Of a stretch of 64,000 nt of DNA, positions 23,547 through 34,180 are shown one piece after another. Within the stretch, counting starts at the first letter, position 1. Every line of letters begins with the position of its first letter. This DNA is from Heterodontus francisci (taxonomy: Eukaryota). Location of the stretch: assembly GCF_036365525.1 (NCBI RefSeq), contig NC_090415.1, positions 12,896,001 through 12,960,000 of the forward strand, written 5' to 3'. A program made the position numbers and the translations under genes. The notes beneath the pieces were generated by a model, which saw only the letters and a program-made list of their open reading frames with translations, ran no database searches and had not been told where the DNA came from.

Positions 23547-24746
23547 CTTTCTTTGGCCTCCTTATCTCAACAGACAATGGGTAAGTGCCTGGAGGTGGTC
23601 AGTGGTATGTGGAGCAGCGCCTGGAGTGGCTATAAAGGCCAATTCTAGAGTGACAGGCTCTTCCACAGGTGCTGCAGAAAAATTTGTTTGTCAGGGCTAT
23701 TACACAGTTGGCTGTCTCCTTGCGCCTCTGTCTTTTTTCATGCCAACTGCTGAGTCTCTTCGACTCGTCACACTTTAGCCCCGCCTTTATGGCTGCCCGC
23801 CAGCTCTGGCGGACGCTGGCAATTGACTCCCATGACTTGTGATCAATGTCACAGGACTTCATGTCGCGTTTACAGATGTTTTTAAAGCGGAAACATGGAT
23901 GGCCAATGGGTCTCATACCAGTGGCGAGCTCGCTGTACAATGTGTCTTTGGGGATCCTGCCATCTTCCATGTGGCTCACATGGCCAAGCCATCTCAAGCG
24001 CCGCTGACTCAGTAGTGTGTATAAGCTGGGCATGCTGGCCACCTCGAGGACTTCTGTGTTGGAGATACGGTCCTGCCACCTGATGCCAAGTATTCTCCGG
24101 AGGCAGCGAAGATGGAATGAATTGAGACACCACTCTTGGCTGACATCCATTGTCCAGGCCTCGCTGCCATAGAGCAAGGTACTGAGGACACAGGCCTGAT
24201 ACACTCGGACTTTTGTGTTCCGTGTCAGTGCGCCATTTTCCCACACTCTCTTGGCCAGTCTGGACATAGCAGTGGAAGCCTTTCCCATGCGCTTGTTGAT
24301 TTCTGCATCTAGAGACAGGTTACTGGTGATAGTTGAGCCTAGGTAGGTGAACTCTTGAACCACTTCCAGAGCGTGGTCGCCAATATTGATGGATGGAGCA
24401 TTTCTGACGTCCTGCCCCATGATGTTCGTTTTCCTGAGGCTGATGGTTAGGCCAAATTCATTGCAGGCAGCCACAAACCTGTTGATGAGACTCTGCAAGC
24501 ACTCTTCAGTGTGAGATGTTAAAGCAGCATCGTCAGCAAAGAGGAGTTCCCTGATGAAGACTTTCCGTACTTTGGACTTCGTTCTTAGACGGGCAAGGTT
24601 GAACAACCTGCCCCCTGATCTTGTGTGGAGGAAAATTCCTTCTTCAGAGGACTTGAACGCATGTGAAAGCAGCAGGGAGAAGAAAATCCCAAAAAGTGTG
24701 GGTGCGAGAACACAGCCCTGTTTCACACCACTCAGGATAGGAAAGG
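23547..24746 (-). mobile_element. RTE-clade LINE, 5'-truncated, open ORF remnant
   Basis: ORF 23599-24726 (375 aa) is highly similar to the 7153-8686 copy. Confidence 0.93.
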
Positions 24747-25236
24747 TGTCACTGATTCTCTGTACTACTAAAGCGTGTCTTTAGTTCCAAAATGATCGCC
24801 GCTTATGTCTAAAGGGATCAAGGGATACGCGGACAAAGCGCGAACAGGGGACTGAGTTTGGATGATCAGCCATGATCGTATTGACTGGCGGTACAGGCTC
24901 GAAGCACCGAATGGCTTACTCCTGCTCCTATCTTTCTGTTAAGTTGGTCATTCGGCCCGTCGTGTCGCGGCCGGCTCTCTGCAAGATCAGTTCACCTCCT
25001 CCCACCGACCCGCCTTTTCTCCATTGCTCTGCAGTTTTGGTTTATTCTCGATATAATTATCCAATTCTGTTCTCAGGGTCTCGATTGAATCTGCCCCCAA
25101 CACACTCGATGTTATTCCTCTCCAATTTCAGATATTTCTGAAGGAATGGGAATATTCTTGCATGACTCACTTTTAGCCAGTAGATGGCATCAGTCTACAA
25201 TCATTTGGATCTTGTGATTTGTGTACACACATATCG

Positions 25237-25410
25237 ACCGCAATGGGTCTGCTGCTGCCCGGGGAGTTCTCCAAGCACGCCGCCTTGGCAGGGACAAAAA
25301 CACTGACGAAGTTTACCAGTTCCTTGTAAATCTCCACAATGTACAGAAATAAAACACGAAACGCAACATCTCTTTTAAAATCCGCCGACAGCTTCTTTGA
25401 AACAACTGCC
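25237..25410 (+). pseudogene. Histone H2B C-terminal remnant with decayed 3' UTR
   Basis: 25237-25329 translates TAMGLLLPGEFSKHAALAGTKTLTKFTSSL* (H2B: [30 protein letters not shown]); the following sequence resembles the H2B 3' UTR with a broken stem-loop. Confidence 0.8.
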
Positions 25411-25423
25411 CTGAAAAAATAAA

Positions 25424-25520
25424 ATGACCCTGCCCGGAACTGAGTTTGGCATCAGATAACACAACGACTCTTCAAAGAGACATCAAATTGGCAAAAGATA
25501 GAGCTGTTATCTCTTGTTGA
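25424..25520 (+). pseudogene. Orphan histone H3 3' UTR with degenerate stem-loop and no CDS
   Basis: Aligns to 56993-57090; GACTCTTCAAAGAGAC versus GGCTCTTTTAAGAGCC. Confidence 0.8.
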
Positions 25521-25916
25521 TTCCAGCACATAAACGTCTCAGAAGGATTTGACCACCCTCTTTACTGTCCACTGATAACTCTCGAAGCAGAGTGGCCCAG
25601 ATTCCTTTGTCTCCACATTGCAGCTGGGAATTTCAGGACCTGACAGTTCCCAGTGTGAGAGCAGTGACACCATTGCATACAACTCATTTTATCAGAGTAA
25701 CTCATTTTAGAACTCAAGACACGCCTTACTGGTATAGAAACGGTAGAATTGTAAAAAAGCCTTACAAATATGGCAAGAGAAAATTAAAATGCATTCCATC
25801 TGATGAGCAGATAAATGCTTGACTCCAGTACAATTCATAGCAACACAAAATAACGCGAACAGTATAACATTACCGTCTCTCAGACAGTAACCAGCCCTTG
25901 CACAGATGAAGTGGGT

Positions 25917-25932
25917 GGCTCTGAAAAGAGCC
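25917..25932 (-). terminator. Histone 3' stem-loop (H2A)
   Basis: GGCTCTTTTCAGAGCC followed by ACCCA on the minus strand. Confidence 0.95.
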
Positions 25933-25962
25933 TTTGGGTTGTCAAATTCAGGTCTGGCAGCT

Positions 25963-26352
25963 TCACTTGCCCTTCGTGCTGGGAGCGCTGGTTTTCTTGG
26001 GCAGCAGCACGGCCTGGATATTAGGCAGCACCCCGCCCTGAGCGATCGTCACCCCTCCCAGCAGCCTGTTGAGCTCCTCGTCGTTGCGGACGGCCAGCTG
26101 CAGGTGTCTGGGGATGATCCGGCTCTTCTTGTTGTCCCGGGCCGCGTTGCCGGCCAGCTCGAGGATTTCAGCTGTCAGATACTCGAGCACAGCAGCCAGA
26201 TACACCGGGGCTCCGGCACCCACCCGCTCAGCATAGTTGCCCTTTTTAAGGAACCTGTGAACACGGCCCACCGGGAACTGTAGTCCAGCTCGGGAGGAGC
26301 GGGACTTGGCCTTGGACCGAGCTTTACCACTGGTCTTCCCTCTTCCAGACAT
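25963..26352 (-). CDS. H2A: Histone H2A (129 aa)
   Basis: MSGRGK...[11 protein letters not shown]...LLPKK; true start is the ATG at 26352; stem-loop downstream, CCAAT boxes upstream. Confidence 0.97.
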   Translation of the reverse strand: MSGRGKTSGKARSKAKSRSSRAGLQFPVGRVHRFLKKGNYAERVGAGAPVYLAAVLEYLTAEILELAGNAARDNKKSRIIPRHLQLAVRNDEELNRLLGGVTIAQGGVLPNIQAVLLPKKTSAPSTKGK

Positions 26353-27295
26353 TGCCACAATCTCACAAGCACTTTCACGAAGACTGTAGAGAACCGCCCA
26401 CATTCCTCCTCCTTGTACCTTCTGGAGGAATGGAGTGGTGGGCACTGCTGATTGGTCACTCTGCTCTGTGCTCTTCATGTAACCAATCGGAGAGCTGCTG
26501 AATTCACCAATCAGGAGACGCCAAGGAGATGTGGGCGGAAAATAACGGCGCCAAATTGTCAGACTGCAACCGATTTTTCAAATTTGAAAAGCCCGCCAAT
26601 ATATTGGGGCGACTTCAATATAGAATATTATATTTATAGTTCTTTTTTTACGGTTAAATAAATAAAACCTTTTTCATATTGTGTTATTCTACATTTGGTA
26701 ACAAGTTCCAGATTGGCTTTTACATTCTGACATCTATTCGGGTTTACTCTCTGTCCTTTTTGAAACCAGCGAGCAGAAAGTCTCTTTCACAACATTCTCC
26801 AACCGGGTACGTTTCATGTCAATTTTCATAATAATACCGCATCACTGATGAACGATTGTTTGTTATTCGTGGGAGACAACAGCGGAGTGTAGATTTTCAG
26901 TGTCAGGTGTCAGCGTGTGAGACGGAGGGTTCCGACACCACCCGGGGGTTCTAGATAATGTACTTATTAATTTTTGAGGTCAAACTTGAACTCGGGAAAT
27001 AAGTGACTGCGAACTGATGTATGTGCGTTAAATCAGCTTTTATTGTCGAAATACAGAAAAGGAGCCGAATATGAACACGTCCGAGAACAAACCTCACAAA
27101 TGGTCAGTGGTCAGTAATTTATGTACGGGACATTATTAGTTAGAGACAGAAAGATCGCACGGGCAGTGAAACTGCATTAACCAGAATCTATGGGAGTAAA
27201 ACAGAGATCACAAAGGCAAGGACACTTGATATATAAATCAATATAAGTCGATACTATACAGACAATGTTGTAGCTTTTTCAGAGAAGTTGTGGGT

Positions 27296-27311
27296 GGCTC
27301 TTAAAAGAGCC
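27296..27311 (-). terminator. Histone 3' stem-loop (H2B)
   Basis: GGCTCTTTTAAGAGCC followed by ACCCA. Confidence 0.95.
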
Positions 27312-27350
27312 TTTTTGTGTTTTGGGTGTGTTTCAGTACATTGTGGATAT

Positions 27351-27731
27351 TTACTTGGAGCTGGTGTACTTGGTGACCGCCTTTGTACCTTCCGACACGG
27401 CGTGTTTGGCCAGCTCCCCGGGCAGCAGCAGGCGCACGGCGGTCTGGATCTCCCGGGAGCTGATGGTGCTGCGTTTGTTGTAATGGGCCAGGCGGGAAGC
27501 CTCACGCGCGATTCGCTCGAAAATATCATTCACAAACGAATTCATGATGCTCATGGCCTTGGAGGAGATGCCGGTGTCAGGGTGAACCTGCTTCATCACT
27601 TTGTACACGTAGATGGAGTAACTTTCTTTCCTGGATTTTCTCCGTTTCTTGCTGCCCTTTGCTGGCGCCTTCTTCAGAGCTTTCTTTGCGCCCTTCTTGG
27701 AAGGTGCTGCAGTTTTCTTCTCATCAACCAT
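27351..27731 (-). CDS. H2B: Histone H2B (126 aa)
   Basis: MVDEKK...[12 protein letters not shown]...[10 protein letters not shown]; ATG at 27731. Confidence 0.96.
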   Translation of the reverse strand: MVDEKKTAAPSKKGAKKALKKAPAKGSKKRRKSRKESYSIYVYKVMKQVHPDTGISSKAMSIMNSFVNDIFERIAREASRLAHYNKRSTISSREIQTAVRLLLPGELAKHAVSEGTKAVTKYTSSK

Positions 27732-27784
27732 GATCACGATCAACTTCAGACACAGAATAACCGAAATTTCGCTCCAAGCTCGCA

Positions 27785-27850
27785 TTTTACAGACATCCCC
27801 AGAACCCTATGCTAATGAAGGATGGGAGATGACCATGTTCATGATTGGCT
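27785..27850 (-). promoter_or_regulatory. H2B promoter with variant TATA, octamer-like site and CCAAT
   Basis: TGTAAAA (27785-27791), ATTAGCAT (27809-27816) and CCAAT (~27844) on the minus strand. Confidence 0.6.
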
Positions 27851-28160
27851 GGTTTACAATGATGTCATTGCCTGATGTTCTGTATCTATCTGACTGGGTG
27901 TCTAAAGTAACCAATCACATTTTGTGCTTCTCACAGACACAAACTGTCGCAGCAGTCAGATCGCCAACCCCTTTGCCCGCCCTTATCCATCTACATCAGT
28001 GACTTGCTGAGTCCCTCTTCCTCATCAACTATTTCTATTTTGCTAGTACGAACTCGTCTCTTTTTTCACTCTCTATAGTTCCCTTCCTAATCAGGATGTA
28101 GCGCCCCTCTGCACTTCCGTCCATCAACAGGACCGAATCGTCCAGTATAGTGGGTGTCAG

Positions 28161-29124
28161 ATACATAAATGATTTGGAGGAAAGTATAGGTGGTCTGATT
28201 AGCAAGTTTGCAGACGACACTAAGATTGGTGGAGTAGCAGATAGTGAAGGGGTCTGTCAGAGAATACAGCAGAATATAAATAGATTGGAGAGTTGGGCAG
28301 AAAAATGGCAGATGGAGTTCAATCAGGGCAAATGCGAGGTGATGCATTTTGGAAGATCCAATTCAAGAGTGAATTATACAGTAAATGGAAAAGTCCTGGG
28401 GAAAATTGATGTACAGAGAGACTTGGGTGTTCAGGTCCATTGTTCCCTGAAGGTGGCAAAGCAGGTCAATAGGGTGGTCAAGAAGGCATACGGCATGCTT
28501 TCCTTCATTGGACGGGGTATTGAGTACAAGGGTTGGCAGGTCATGTTACAGTTGTATAAGACTTTGGTTCGGCCACATTTGGAATACTGCGTGCAGTTCT
28601 GGTCGCCACATTACCAAAAGGATGTGGATGCTTTGGAGAGGGTGCAGAGGAGGTTCACCAGGATGTTGCCTGGTATGGAGGGTGCTAGCTATGAAGAGAG
28701 GTTGAGCAGATTAGGATTATTTTCATTAGAAAGACGGAGGTTGAGGGGGGACCTGATTGAGGTGTACAAAATCATGAGAGGAATAGACAGGGTGGATAGC
28801 AAGAAGCTTTTTCCCCAGAGCGGGGGATTCAATTACTAGGGGTCACGAGTTCAAAGTGAGAGGGGAAAAGTTTAGGGGGGATATGCGTGGAAAGTTCTTT
28901 ACACAGAGGGTGGTGGGTGCCTGGAACGTGTTGCCAGCGGAGGTGGTAGACGCGGGCACGATAGCGTCTTTTAAGATGTATCTAGACAGATACATGAATG
29001 GGCAGGAAGCAAAGAGATACAGACCCTAAGAAAATAGGCGACATGTTTAGATAGAGGGTCTGGATCGTCACAGGCTTGGAGGGCCGAAGGGCCTGTTCCT
29101 GTGCTGTAATTTTCTTTGTTCTTT
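28161..29124 (+). mobile_element. CR1 LINE, 5'-truncated
   Basis: ORF 28150-28839 YINDL..KFADDTKI..WQMEFN..; absent at the paralogous site ~59046. Confidence 0.93.
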
Positions 29125-29230
29125 GAGTGGGGCAAATGCGAGCATTGAAGTGCAAGTCCTTATCTCCATGTAGCGTGCCAAATAAGATTGGTCAGCTGCA
29201 GTCACAAGTAACCACATGAAAGATTTATAT

Positions 29231-30303
29231 GACAGCGCTTCTGATATGTCTTCCTTTTTCCTCAACCGAGGATACCCTTGTCCTCACTTTCCACCCCATC
29301 AGCCTCCACATCCAAAGAATCATCCTCCGCCATTTCTGTCACCTCCAGCGTGATGCCACTACCAAATACATCTTCCCCTCCCTTCCCCTGTCAGCATTCC
29401 GAAGGGATCATTCCCTCTGCGACACCCTGGTCCACTCCTCCATTACCCCCACCACCTTGTCCCCTTCACATGGCACCTTCCCCTGCAATCACAGGAGAAG
29501 TAATACCTGCCCATTTTACTCCTCTCTACTCACAATCCCAGGCCCCAAACACTCCTTTCGAGTGAAGCAGCGATTTACTTGTACTTCTTTCAATATGGTA
29601 TACTGTATTCGCTGCTCACAATGTGGTCTCCTCTACATTGGGGAGACCAAACATATACTGGGTGACCGCTTTGCGTAACACCTCCGCTCAGTCCGAAAGC
29701 ATGACCCCGAGCTTCCGGTTGCTTGTCATTTCAACACTTCCCCCTGCTTACATCTCTGTCCTGGGATTGCTGCAGTGTTCCAGTGAACATCAAGGTAAGC
29801 TCGAGGAACAGCATCTCATTTACCGATTAGGCACAAAGCAGCCTGCCAGACTGAGCATTGAGTTCAATAATTTCAGAGCATGACGGGCCCCCCAATTTAC
29901 TTTTATTTTTAGTTATTCTTTCCTTTTTATCTTTATTTTTATATTTATTTTATTTTATATCACCTCAGTTGGTTCAGTTTGCTTACCCACTTTTTTTCAT
30001 ATTTGTACTTGCGGCTGTTCAATTTTCATCCATTAACACCCTATCTGTACGAATGCTTTGTCTTTCAACACACCATTAACATAATGTTTGCCTTTGCTCC
30101 ATGACCTTCTGGTCAGCTATTCTGTGACATTTTCCTTTCTACACCTTCTCCCATGTTATCTCTTGCCCCACCCCCGCTTTACTTGCTTAAAACCTTTCAC
30201 ATTTCTAATATTTACCAGTTCTGAAGAAGGGTCACTGACCAGAAATGTTAACTCTGCTTCTCTCTCCACAGATGCTGCCAAACCAGCTGAGTATATCCAG
30301 CAT
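29231..30303 (+). mobile_element. Penelope-like element fragment (GIY-YIG region and terminal repeat); tail resumes at ~32934-32947
   Basis: ORF 29229-29678 is homologous to 9998-10700; TSD ATGAAAGATTTATAT at 29216-29230 and 32948-32962. Confidence 0.92.
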
Positions 30304-32933
30304 TGTTAATCAAGGAAAGTATTACAGCGGCAGAAAGGACGTTTGAGGACTCGTCTACTGAGGTAGTATGGGCCGAGGTTAGAAACAGGAGAGGAAAGGT
30401 CACCCTGTTGGGAGTTTTCTATAGAACTCCGAATAGTTCCAGAGATCTAGAGGAAAGGATAGCGAAGATGATTCTCGACAGGAGCGAGAGTAACAGGGTA
30501 GTGGTTATGGGGGACTTTAACTTTCCAAATATTGACTGGAAATACTATAGTTCGAGTACTTTAGATGGGTCTGTTTTTGTCCAGTGTGTGCAGGAGGGTT
30601 TTCTGACACAGTATGTAGACAGGCCAACCAGGGGCGATGCCATATTGGATTTAGTACTGGGTAATGAACCCGGCCAGGTGTTCGATTTAGATGTCGGTGA
30701 GCACTTTGGCGATAGTGATCACAATTCGGTTAGGTTTACCTTAGCGATGGGCAGGGACAGGTATATACCGCAGGGCAAGAATTATAGCTGGGGGAAAGGA
30801 AATTATGACGCGATTAGGCAAGATTTAGGATGTGTAGGATGGGGAAGGAAACTGCAGGGGATGGGCACAAACGAAATGTGGAGCTTATTCAAGGAGCAGC
30901 TAATGCGTGTCCTTGATAAGTATGTACCTGTCAGGCAGGGAGGAAGTTGTCGAGCGAGGGAGCTGTGGTTTACTCAAGAAGTTGAAGGGCTTGTCAAGAG
31001 GAAGAGGGCGGCTTATGTTAGGATGAGACGTGAAGGCTCAGTTAGGGCGCTTGAGAGTTACAAACTAGCCAGGAAGGATCTAAAGGGAGGGCTAAGAAGA
31101 GCAAGGAGAGGACACGAGAAGTCATTGGCGGATAGGATCAAAGAAAACCCTAAGGCTTTCTAAAGGTATATCAGGAATAAAAGAATGATAAGAGTTAGAA
31201 CAGGGCCAATCAAGGATAGTAGTGGGAAGTTGTGTGCGGAATCAGAGGAGATAGGGGAAGCGTTAAATGAATAATTTTCGTCAGTATTTACAGTAGAGAA
31301 AGAAAATGTTGCCGAGGAGATTACTGAGATACAGCCTACTAGGCTAGATGGGATTGAGATTCACAAGGAGGAGGTGTTAGCAATTTTGGAAAGAGTGAAA
31401 ATAGATAAGTCCCCTGGGCCAGATGGGATTTATCCGAGGATTCTCTGGGAAGCCAGGGAGGAGATTGCAGAGCCATTGTTGTTGATGTTTATGTCGTCAT
31501 TGTCGACAGGAGTAGTGCCGGAGGACTGGAGGATAGCAAATGTTGTCCCCTTGTTCAAGAAGGGGAGTAGAGACAGCCCTGGTAATTATAGACCTGTGAG
31601 CCTTACTTCGGTTGTGGGTAAAATGTTGGAAAAGGTTATAAGAGATAGGATTTATAATCATCTTGAAAAGAATAAGTTCATTTGCAACAGTCAGCACGGT
31701 TTTGTGAAAGGTAGGTCGTGCCTCACAAACCTTATTGAGTTTTTCGAGAAGGTGACCTAACAGGTGGATGAGGGTAAAGCCGTGGATGTGGTGTATATGG
31801 ATTTCAGTAAGGCGTTTGATAAGGTTCCCCACGGTAGGCTATTGCGGAAAATACGGAAGTATGGGGTTGAAGGTGATTTAGAGCTTTGGATCAGAAATTG
31901 GCTAGCTGAAAGAAGACGGTGGTTGATGGCAAATGTTCATCCTGGAGTTTAGTTACTAGTGGTGTACCGCAAGGTTCTGTTTTGGGGCCACTGCTGTTTG
32001 TTATTTTTATAAATGACCTGGATGAGGGTGTAGAAGGGTGGGTTAGTAAATTTGCGGATGACACGACGGTCGGTGGAGTTGTGGATAGTGTCGAAGGGTG
32101 TTGTAGGGTACAGAGGGACATAGATAGGCTGCAGAGCTGGGCTGAGAGATGGCAAATGGAGTTTAATGCGGAGAAGTGTGAGGTGATTCACTTTGGAAGG
32201 AGTAACAGCAATGCAGAGTGCTGGGCTAATGGGAAGATTCTTGGTAGTGTAGATGAGCAGAGAGATCTTGGTGTCCAGGTACATAAATCCCTGAAAGTTG
32301 CTACCCAGGTTAATAGGGCTGTTAAGAAGGTATATGGTGTGTTAGCTTTTATTAGTAGGGGGATCGAGTTTCGGAGCCACGAGGTCATGATGCAGCTGTA
32401 CAAAACTCTGGTGAGGCCGCACCTTGAGTATTGCGTGCAGTTCTGGTCACCGCATTACAGGAAGGATGTGGAAGCTTTGGAAAGGGTGCAGAGGAGATTT
32501 ACTAGGATGTTGCCTGGTACGGAAGGAAGGTCTTACGAGGAAAGGCTGAGGGACTTGGGGTTGTTTTCGTTAGAGAGAAGGAGGAGGAGAGGTGACTTAA
32601 TAGAGACATACAAGATAATCAGAGGGTTAGATAGGGTGGATAGTGAGAGTCTTTTTCCTCGGATGATGATGGCAAACACGAGGGGACGTAGCTTTAAGTT
32701 GAGGGGTGTAAGATATAGGACAGATGTCAGAGGTAGTTTCTATACGCAGAGAGTAGTAGGGGCGTGGAACGCCCTGCCTGCAACAGTAGTAGACTCGCCA
32801 ACTTTAAGGGCATTTAAGTGGTCATTGGATAGACATATGGATGAAAATGGAATAGTGTAGGTCAGATGGTCAGCGCAACATCGAGGGCCGAAGGGCCTGT
32901 ACTGCGCTGTAATGTTCTAATTCTAATTCTAAT
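30304..32933 (+). mobile_element. CR1 LINE, near-complete ORF2 (APE endonuclease and RT) with a few stops and frameshifts
   Basis: GDFNFP, SDHN, KSPGPDGI, NYRPVSLTS, QHGF, DFSKAFD, GVPQGSVLGP, FADD; (TTCTAA)n tail. Confidence 0.95.
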
Positions 32934-33219
32934 TTCTTGTTTTCATTATGAAAGATTTATATCGTGACCATTACATAATTCTGGCTGAAACTAGGCGAGG
33001 CAAGGCAACTTATTATTACTGGCGACAAATATTCAGGAAAGACAGGTCTGAAAAAATATGGAGGGTTGTGGAGTTGAAATAATTGATCAAATATAATATG
33101 ATAACACTGGCAGGGATGATGTTTTTGAGGTGTTAACAAAAGCATCTATTTGGTCACATATGTGGAATATGGCAGGAGGAAATGCATAGACATTCTGGGT
33201 CGCGAAATATTTGTCCTTC

Positions 33220-34180
33220 CCTGCCGGACACGTGAGTGTGGGATTCATTCTGTGCCCATCAGTATGTGATATTTACCCGTGGCTTTTACTCCGTATCTGT
33301 CAATCTATGGTCAATGATTTGGTCATTTCATTCAATAATTTCAATCTTCAATAGGTGATCCTGTTTTATTTTTCTCCGTAACATTCAGTTTCTAAATGGG
33401 TGATGATGGGTTTTGTTCTGTGAGTGTGGGTTTTGTTATGCATCTGTTAATATCTGATTTTGGAGTCTGGGCATTTCTCTTTATCTGTTAATTTCTGAAT
33501 TGTGAATTTGGATTTTAATCTGCACATGTCAGTTTCTGGTATGAAAGGTTTTTTGATTTTGTCTCTGTACCTGTTAGTAAGTGGCATTTTTGTGTAGCTT
33601 TACACTGCACATGTTAATTGATGACATGCCAGCGTTGTTTTCACTCGACATGTCAGTCTCTGGTTTGGAGGCCTCAACTGTGTTCTGTACCCATCAGATG
33701 TCTACATATAAGGATGGGTTTTAACCTGTTTCTTTCAATCTGTTGTATGTAAGTACTGTTTATTATCTGTATCTGTAAGTTTCTGATGAACGAATGTGGA
33801 CTGTATCACATCCCTGTCAGTGGTTCATTAAGAGATATTTTACAAGGTACCTGCCAGTTCTGATATGTGAGTGTGGGTTGTGATCTACATCTGGCCGTTT
33901 CTGGTACGAGACATGAGCATTGTTTTCACTCTGTGTACGTTAGCCTCAAGTGTCAGAAGCTGGGTTTAGTCATACATCTCATTCTCTGCTGTATGATTGT
34001 GGATTTACATCTGTACAAGTTAGTTTCTGGCACAGGCTTGTGAATTTTATTCTGTATGCCAATTTCTGGTATGTGAGTGTGTGTTTTTTCTGTCCTGTCA
34101 CTTTCTGCTGAACTGGATGGTGGATTTGCTTTGGATCTGTGAATTTCTGCTATCTGAATGTTGGCTTTCCTTTACATTTG
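33220..34180. repeat. Degenerate ~40-bp tandem array, segment 1
   Basis: Recurring approximate unit TACTCTGTACCTGTCAGTTTCTGATATGTGAATGTGGATTT. Confidence 0.75.

Noticed and set aside
25963-26352. H2A.X assignment for the H2A genes
   Set aside because: No C-terminal SQ(E/D)-hydrophobic motif
26353-26478. N-terminal extensions on histone ORFs (also 27732-27785, 52585-52764 and 57904-58017)
   Set aside because: They run through promoter or 5' UTR sequence; the canonical starts lie downstream
25906-27815. Antisense ORFs over histone genes (also 52812-53402, 56493-57089 and 57466-58002)
   Set aside because: Shadow ORFs caused by histone codon bias
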